A stretch of DNA of 60,000 nucleotides from Laetmonice hystrix (Eukaryota). Below are positions 51,354-60,000 of this stretch, in pieces. Both the position numbers and the translations under genes were made by a program. Every line of letters starts with the position of its first letter. The first letter of the stretch is position 1. A model generated the notes under the pieces. The model had not been told where the DNA came from. It worked only from the letters and a program-made list of their open reading frames with translations, and searched no databases. The stretch covers positions 51,586,001 to 51,646,000 of the forward strand of contig OZ249436.1 in assembly GCA_965235115.1 (NCBI GenBank), read 5' to 3'.

Positions 51354-54300
51354 TGATGCCCTCGCGTGCTCCAAGATGCCCCCAGCGCCCATCGTATTCA
51401 CCCCATTTATCATGAGGGGGCAAATATCACAGAACCCAGATCACTCATCATGTATCTTGTATGAGAGAAAAGAAAACTAGTCTCATTGTAAAAGGTGGAG
51501 CACATCAGTGCCTCACATTTTCCAATCGTGACAGTTTTAAATAAAAAAATCATCTCTCAATTTTAAAATTCCCTTTTCTTTTTCTTTTTAGTTGAAACAG
51601 TGCTGTGAACCCTGAATGTGAGAGGGTGAATTGGAAAAAGTAACTGATAGGAAGCACCTCAGATATGTACTCAGTATAAGAGTTTGAATAGATGTACTAA
51701 ACATCATAACCAGTCTTGACCTCTCCTCAGCATGCTGTGCAAGGAGAAAGTTGTTCAAAAACCATTCTGTGGGTTGTGTATATTGACAAGTTTTCATTTA
51801 ATTCTGATTTAAGTCAAACAACGGTTTTCATATTCACAATTCTCTACCAATTGGTATGTTGGTTGTTACAAGGGAGAACATTGCTGTATTCTGTATTGTT
51901 TGTCCAATCTACGTGTATACATGTTCCTATCGGTAGTACTGTATGACAAACCCAATGGAGTATTTATCGGAATATCAGTAGCTAGAACACCGTTTTTATG
52001 TTTCAATGCATCGGCTCTTTAAAATTGGTCAATGCCCAACCATGTGTGCGAGTAGTAGTGGATATTCATAACTTCCAGGAGTTTGATTCGGATACAAGTG
52101 AATCGGTCATAATAAGGTGAGATGACAATGGACTTGTGTGTGAAGGGACCATGTAAAAAATATAATTACACGAGGAAAATGGTGTGCTGGTTTAATTACT
52201 TCCTAAACGAGGAAAAAGTACGGACAATGTCAAGCTATGCGACTGTGAACGAGGCCCACCCTAAAAGGGAATCGTAATTATCATTAAAAAGATGTTGCCC
52301 CATTTTCTGGTCAGCTTGTTTTTATTTTCTTTTTTATCAGCTACAGTTGGAGTGAGAGTACCGCGATACAAGAATTTTCTCCTTAATTTCCAGCCCAAAA
52401 AATATTGGGTACCTAATATATTCCATGTGAGGTAGCAAAAGGATTCAAACAGTTCACAGATCACTACAGGCCTAGCATTGAATAGGCCCTTACAAAGATC
52501 TCCTAATTATCAGCTTGGAGGGATGAGAACGGCGAACCATGAATGGCAGCTTTCGAAATGAAGAGGGAGACAACCTAGATGTGTGCCGTTCAGTTAGTAG
52601 ACTGTCACTATCCCTGGAAAGAATTATACACGTGTTGATCTAAACACAGTACATGTACAATGTTTTCAGTGAACCATGCCTCGTATTCTTCGCGTTTCTA
52701 TTCATTGCATGTTCAATTTCAAATCTATTCCACAACCAAACCTTTATCAATCTTATATAATATGTGTTCCTGGATCCTGTCATTTAATAAATTGCCAATA
52801 GGTTTATGTGTTCCACATTAGGCCCTAGCTTACCAATGCCTTTAGTTTACCGGTACATGAATGGATTAAACTGAAACAGAAGGAACTGTACACTACGAAA
52901 ACAAAACCCACAACTTGTATGCAAAGTATTTATTTACAAAGAAATACAAAAGGTATCAATTTCCAAAGCCTGTAAAAAAGGTTGAAAATAACTTCATGTG
53001 ACTCTAAGACAATACAAATGTATGTTGCTGCGGCAACAGGCTGACTCCAGCAATCATTTGGCTGTATATAAAATGTTTAAATGAAAACCAGTTTAAGTAC
53101 TGGATTAAACTGTACGCTGATTAGGAAATGTTACAGGAGAAATTATGTCTTGGGAAGGAAAAAAGACTGAGAAGAGTGAAATCCTGTTTCTAATGTGAAA
53201 GTGAACTTATGTTATTTGCAAACTACTTTTCTCAGGGGGTTATTCATCCAGCATATTCAAACTCCAGGTATCAATACCACATGTAACCGTTTAAACTCTG
53301 GTAGGTTCTAACACGTCTAACTCGGATACTCCATACCTAACTCCTTTTTAACAGACTTTTCACCAAAGATAATATCCTGGTTTTTTTCTGCATTGCAGTA
53401 GTTTAACGAGTGTTTTTTTAATGGTTGGACCAAAAGAACCTAGCCGTGACTTTAGGGTCGCTCCAAAACAGGCGACAATGTCGTCTACCCACAGTGGACA
53501 GTTCTCTACAGATCCTTCACATACCAACCGCCAAAGTTACACAACAGAAAGTTGTCCCAAAATAAAATCTAAGAGTAACCTGCACCAGCATGGTCGCTGT
53601 CTTTTTTTTTTTTTTTTTTTTTTTTTTGTCAGCAGTTTTTTTTTAGTTTCAAGTATGTCGTTTGAACTAAAAAATGTATTTTTACAGGTGTTTCCCAATA
53701 CATGTACATTGTACTTGTATATATATTGCAGATGCTAAAATTGATGCAATTGAATATCCTTAAAGAAACAAATGGTAATGTCTCAAACTCTGAATCATTC
53801 TTTCAGGCAAGGCAACTGATAACCCTGAATACTGCATAGTTAAAACTGGATATGTGAACACCTTTCAGACAGTCATTGACACCCCATAACATTGACACAC
53901 CAATAATGACTTGAGAAAGGAAAAGGCAATAGCATTGACCAGTATGCACTAACCTGGTAGAAATGACACTTTCATACAAAGGCAATTAATACACTTTTGA
54001 CCTATGTATTTCCATGTCCATGTATTAAGTGAACCTCTTGATCCACACAGACACCAGTAGATATAGTATATACTGGCCTGATTTCATAGTTAATAGTTTT
54101 ATTCATAAAACGGTACACCAGCCATATTACATGCAATCATGCTTATGGTATGGAAGAACCCAATACAAGACATGAAATCATAACATCACTATTTACATAA
54201 AGCATCACCTAAAAACAGACAAACCCAAGTCGAATATATCTAGTAGCAGTATGAGTATACAAGGAATTCTTTGGTATTACAATGTATATGTAAAGTATGA

Positions 54301-57087
54301 GCTCGACTGGTTGCATGCAGTGCCAGTCCACTAAATGTCCTTTGACTTCAAGCTGTAATCCAGATCTATACAAGAACTGGGCTCATGCAGTGACTCCTCT
54401 ATCTGTGTATGAAACACCAACTTGACATCCATGGATTTCAACATGGAGTGAAAGAATACCACTAAATATTCAATTCAGTGTGGACTTTTTGCTGGAAGTA
54501 CATGTAGCACCTACCAGTACATTCGTATTAAAAAATACTTAACGTTATCTTACTCATATGGCCTGTTGCAAGAACGTTTGGTGTAGTGAACCCCAAAAAC
54601 GTATAATTGTATGACCACCAAGTCAGCAAGGGTGTTGGAAAGGTCATTGCAGGTACTCGCGCAACTCTGAGAACCTTTGAGCAACTGCTGCCTGTATGTT
54701 TTCTACACTACTCAGTCTACTGCTCTTCAAGTTACATGTGTATATAAATCAGCACCACTGTTTTCATCAGCATTTCTCTAAGCACCTTTGTGTTACTTCA
54801 AAATCAGATAAAAATCAACTTGACTAGGGACGCATATGACAATACATCCTTTCATTACATAAAATAACTAAATATAATCAAAACATAACAAATTCTTCAT
54901 GACTTCAGATGACAATCTAGTAATCACATGATTTCTACCTACTCAAAAGTAAGAGTTTGGACTAGTTTTAGCACCTTACTTTTCATGTATGTAGACAAAA
55001 TCCAATTTAAAAAAAACCATTGTTTAATACCTTGCATGCAGTATTATCGCCACTTACGTTTGTTAATAGGTCCCCATAGCTAGAGGAAAGTATTACCTAA
55101 ATGAATATATAAGAAATCTGCCAATATTTGCTAATGTAATCAACATGACCTTTAAACATTTTTCACGCACATATGAAAGTTTCTTCAGAGAAGGCCACAT
55201 ACTCAGAATCAGTTGTATAACATTTTATATTTATCTCCGCTAATTCAGCTAGATCATTGATTGTCTGTTTAAGCTGTGTTAAACGGATGTTTCCCCAGCA
55301 ATTGCTAGCTGTAAAGTACAATGTTTGTAGCTTTCATAACGTGGGACTAATGCGGAGAACACTGGTAGTGGTATCAGCTCTTCTATCCTATTATTTCATG
55401 ATAGTCCGCATCATTTACTTAGTACCTGAACAGGCAAGATAACAAACTACAACCTTCAAAAAGTACGTCGTTTTGATTATGGAGACGAAAATAACAACCA
55501 AATTGTCGCTGGCTAAACTATGTCTGACACGGATAGGAAAACGTAAACATGAACATCCAGAATTCATAGGTGAACCTGACATATATTCTGTGATGACTCA
55601 AACGTCAATCTTGACGTAACTAACAATATAAAAATAGAACATCCTCTGTAGTACTTGTGTAGCTACCAATATTACTATAATCTCTGGTCCTCCTTTTATA
55701 GACCACAATCTTGAGTAATTCTAACCATGCACAAACATTGCCTGCGTTCAGGTACATTATATGTCAGAAAGTCTATTCTCTCTCTCTGATCATAATTACT
55801 GGTAACTAAATCAAATAAGCAAAACAAATAAAAAAATTTAGCATATCTCAATCGCCAGCTGATTCTATTGGGAACAGCCATCGCACACCAACAAAATGAT
55901 GGCATATATTCCTCAGTTAGCTTCTAGTTGTACTTCCTTCATTAAATATTTCATCAATTGTGAACAACAGCCATCTTCAACTGTCATAAATCTCTTTGGT
56001 CTATCTTAGTTACAGTGCAGATTATTTTGATATTTCAATGTAAAAAAATCCACAGTTTGTCTTCAGTCAAGAATTTGGCACAGAATGTAATACTTAGTTC
56101 AAGGGGACTGCAGAACATATTTCATCAGTAAAAGGTGTTAAGTCAGTATATACAAAGTTGTCTTGACCTTTAAAAAAGGATATTTTAAGTATATCATCTA
56201 CATGTTCGAATTACTCAGTATTACATTTTCCATATAAAACTGTGTTCTAAAGGATATGACTATTCCATTTTCTGCAGTATATTAAACTAGCATAAGTAAT
56301 TTAATATGGTGACCTATCAGAATGACTAGTTAATTAAAAACAATAGAAAATAATTGTTTTCATATAATTTTCTGAAGGTTTATACATTTTGCATAATCCA
56401 AGGAATCAAGCATGAACGCCCTTTTCTGGCTTGATTTAGCATTTAACAATATAACACCCATCATAAACCTTATCCTACCAAATCTTCTATATTAACTTTC
56501 GAAAATTTTCCAAAACTTAACCTGAGAAATTCCTAAACCAACAAAACATTAGGATGAAAACAAAATATATTATCTGGCCCTGAACTTCAAGGGCTTTAAA
56601 ATAATTAAAGCATTTGATATATTTTTAGTAATTTCTCATTTCAAACACTTCAAGAAAGCTTTAGTCAACAAAAATTAACAATTACCAAATGAATTGTTTG
56701 TCCTCTTTAAGGAATTCAACTAAAACATGCAACATAAATATTTTCATATCAATGGAGATGTCATTCATGTCTTGTTACGTGGCAGGGTAACCAATAACAC
56801 CAAAATCAAAAATATCTCATCTCTGTGTGGTTGTCACAATCACTGCCTCCAACAAGAACATCATAAAACACAGCTGTTGTAGCACTGGCAACAGTCTGAC
56901 CTACACAGCAGCTTGTAAAACGGATCAGGGCTGCCACTTTGGTAATGGTAACATCAGATATTTGGATAAAGTATAAACATGCAACAAAGAATCTATACAC
57001 ATGATATAGCTTTCAATTTTTCATCCACTAACATGTGAGTGTTGACAGTACAATGCTTTGTGTTACAATTGGGGGGGGGGGGAAATC

Positions 57088-58903
57088 TCAAGTGGTGCCA
57101 CCTGGTGGCTCACTGTGGTTAGTACCCTCTGATGGAGCACTTTCACCAGGGGAATCCTCAGACTGGGTCCACATACGTGGGCTTCGCAGGGCAGACAGAG
57201 ACATAGCAAGCAACTTGTCCTTGTTACGTGTCCACTGCCAGACCTGTTTGAAATGAATTCCGAATTTGCGTGCTGTGGCCCTCATGTTACCTGACTCCAT
57301 TGCACGTCTAACAACCATCAGTTTGTAAGCTGTGCTGTATGATGCTCGCGGGCGACGCTGCACGTCTGGTGGCCATTCTGCTCCTCCCTATGGCACAAAA
57401 TAAAACATAAAATCAGAGCATATTTTTTTAATATCGTATAGTATTCCCACAAATTCATATTACTTTCAACCAAGAAATTCTATGTACAGTACTCTTGAAT
57501 GATTTTTAAATGACACCAGTGGCATGTCAGCAAACTTTTTCCTGCTACCAATATGATATTCTACCAAATCGACTCCTACCATCCCTCTTCTCCAAGTCAA
57601 AATGCAGTGTCAATAAAACATTGAATTGTCTTAAATTAAATTTGACATTGTATTTGTAGCTTGCATGGTCATGCAGTACCAGAGAGAATGATGTCAGGAA
57701 TAGATAGCATTGTGTGTTTTTGATGACGTTTCTCATATCAGAGCGATATGTTTGAGTGTCCCATAACACCTAGCTGTGGGCTAGTCCAAGTAATGTATGC
57801 AAAGATGCAGACTAGCTGTTTGGTTTTCTCTTATGATGTTAATTAATATTAATGAAAAAACACTTATTTCTATAAAATGAACTTACTGGTGGCACCGACT
57901 GGTTTGGATCATCTGTCTCCGTTGCTGTTGTAAGATCAGCAGAGACTGTGGTCGTATCTGTAGGCCCAGAGTTAGGTTCCTCATGTTCTAGATCAGCCGC
58001 CTCTGACCAGATCCCAGCCTCGTACACAACCTGAGAATGTGGTGAGGGAGAACCACCCTGCTGCCCACCTGCTTGATCCTCCCTCTCTCTCTTCACTTGG
58101 GTACTGTTGGTTTTCTTGACAGATACACGCTTCGATGATACAGTCCAGGCTTTATTCAACATGGCTGACTCCACTTCAGGTTCGTCCTCAGGAAAAGCAT
58201 CCATACTCAACTCAGAGTCCTCGTCCTCTTCTTTGATTAGTATAACATTGTTCATGTCATCACTTTGAAAATTGTGTCGCAGAAAAATCTGTGAATCATT
58301 TCGGTCTGTGGGATAAGAGGGCGTTCTGTTGTGAGATAGAGGGGCGTGGAGAGGAGGGGGTTCACAAATAGGTCTCTTTTTTTTCCACTGCATCTGATTC
58401 TGATCTGTCCATGGTGGTGCTGATTGTCGTTTGTGTCTGTGTGCTGGCTGACAATGGAAGGACTCAAAGCTGGATCTCGCTTCTCTTGTGGAAGAGTACT
58501 TGTTTTCAGTTGGGGGATTTGGAGCCTGTGCAGGGCATGTCTGGGTGCTGCCGGTGCTGCGACGTCCATTCTGTTTACTGAGATCAACGGGTGACTGTAA
58601 CTGGGGGCAATGTTCAACAGATGTGCTGCAGCTAAAAGTTTCCATTTCAGGTTGGGACGTACAAAGTTCCCAATTAGGAATGTCATGTGAGCTCAGACTT
58701 TCTGGTGGGGTTGGTTTTGACCAACTTTTGTCCTTAACTTCTTCATGAATATTAATGAGAAACACCTGACTGTTGTCCAGTGTTATTCCCAGCAAGCCTT
58801 CCACTGTGAATCCAAACTTATAAGACAGACTGGTCTTACACAGCATTGTTATCGCCTCGGCCAACAGCCCCCGCACACGTTCCCTTTCCCCATATGCCAC
58901 CAT
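57088..58903 (-). CDS. Putative transcriptional repressor: uncharacterised N-terminal module, acidic linker, Brinker-type HTH DNA-binding domain (~438 aa)
   Basis: Exons 58903-57887 (acceptor at 58957; 5'UTR exon further upstream) and 57387-57088, joined in phase 0. C-terminal RASYSTAYKLMVVRRAMESGNMRATARKFGIHFKQVWQW resembles BrkDBD/pogo HTH. PVDLS, IKEE and VKRE motifs lie in the linker. Confidence 0.8.
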
Positions 58904-60000
58904 GGTCACACATCAGTACTTGAAAAAATCTTGAATGTACCTCGCTCCACTTCCAACCTTTAAAATAGAAAAAGACTCTTGCAATAGGTAACCCTATCTC
59001 TCTTCTCTATATTGTCTAACAATAAAACAACCTGAAGAACTTAAAAACACTTCGGCTTGCATGCTGTACTCAGTGTTCATAAGATGAAGCATTTGTGAAA
59101 CAGCTAAACATGTAATGAGGCTAATCAGTGCTAACTGAGGTGTTTTACAATTACAGGGACAAAATATTTTGTCCATGACTCTGATAGTTTGTGTGTCTTC
59201 AGCTCTAGATCCTAGTTCAACCCTTGCTATTACTCGGCCCCTGCATCCTAACGGCCATGGGTTGATGCCTGTACAAACATCGCATTTGCAAGTACACTTT
59301 TTGGTTCTCTGAAAAGCCATTTTGGGAGCGCTAACGGGAGCGAGCATGATTGCTCTCCTTAAATACTGGTGCGGGTTGACCTGTTACCCTTTGCCTTTGC
59401 TGCATCACACCGTTACTTCGACTGAATATAAGTAGGATGTCAGTTAAAAACATATTTTATGATTCATTTATTTCTTAAAATTTCAGAATATGGACATAAG
59501 GAAAATATAAGACAGTCCTCTTAGACTCAGTTAAACACTTACACCAGTTACTGCCAGTTACTGAGTTATTGGTTACAGTGTCAGTGACAGCGCAGTCATC
59601 CCAGGTGGTGTTAGAAGGATGAACATAAACAAAAGTATAGGTAAAACATTTTGAAAAAGTTTGCCTCAACTCAAGCCTAGCTATAGGTTCACTATAAGTC
59701 GTCCCTGGAAAACTTATAAACCGATTTTTGTTCGGCCTGATGACAAAATGTACATGTACTTTGCTATGAACCGAATGGACAATCAATCGTGCCTATCAAA
59801 TTAATAAGTAATGTGGCGATAATATGTGAAACGAGACTCTACAAAAGTTTTAAGTTCTCTGTTTTTAAGACATTATGGACCGATTACCAATTATACAAAT
59901 TACAAAATGATGTTCTATCACTTTGCAGCTTCATGTAGCCCAGTGCATAGAGTCTTAGGAAGAAATTACAAACTTTCCAACTTACTTTCTTGTGGGGTCT

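Overview
Eukaryotic, intron-rich animal DNA, probably a spiralian/lophotrochozoan invertebrate (inferred). Seven spliced genes were reconstructed by hand with consistent reading frames. They are RPL3 (-), a Met/Ron-type tyrosine kinase with a TM helix but almost no ectodomain (+), an ankyrin-repeat/SOCS-box gene (-), UQCRC2 (-), BRAT1 (+), MRG15/MORF4L1 (+), and a Brinker-DBD-type putative repressor with an uncharacterised N-terminal module (-). A young 5'-truncated CR1-type LINE, nested in an inverted-repeat element, lies between the head-to-head UQCRC2 and BRAT1 genes. Many MITEs with TA, TAA, TTAA, CAG or 5-bp target duplications are present. The three most notable signals are: (1) a multi-hairpin RNA element with a poison alternative 3' splice site in RPL3 intron 3, a candidate autoregulatory switch; (2) the near-ectodomain-less Met-like kinase; (3) a pervasive family of TA-x-TA palindromes (TAGGCCTA, TAGGCTA, TAGATCTA, TACATGTA). 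Aligned repeat copies show several of these motifs as insertions at a TA, consistent with transposon excision footprints.
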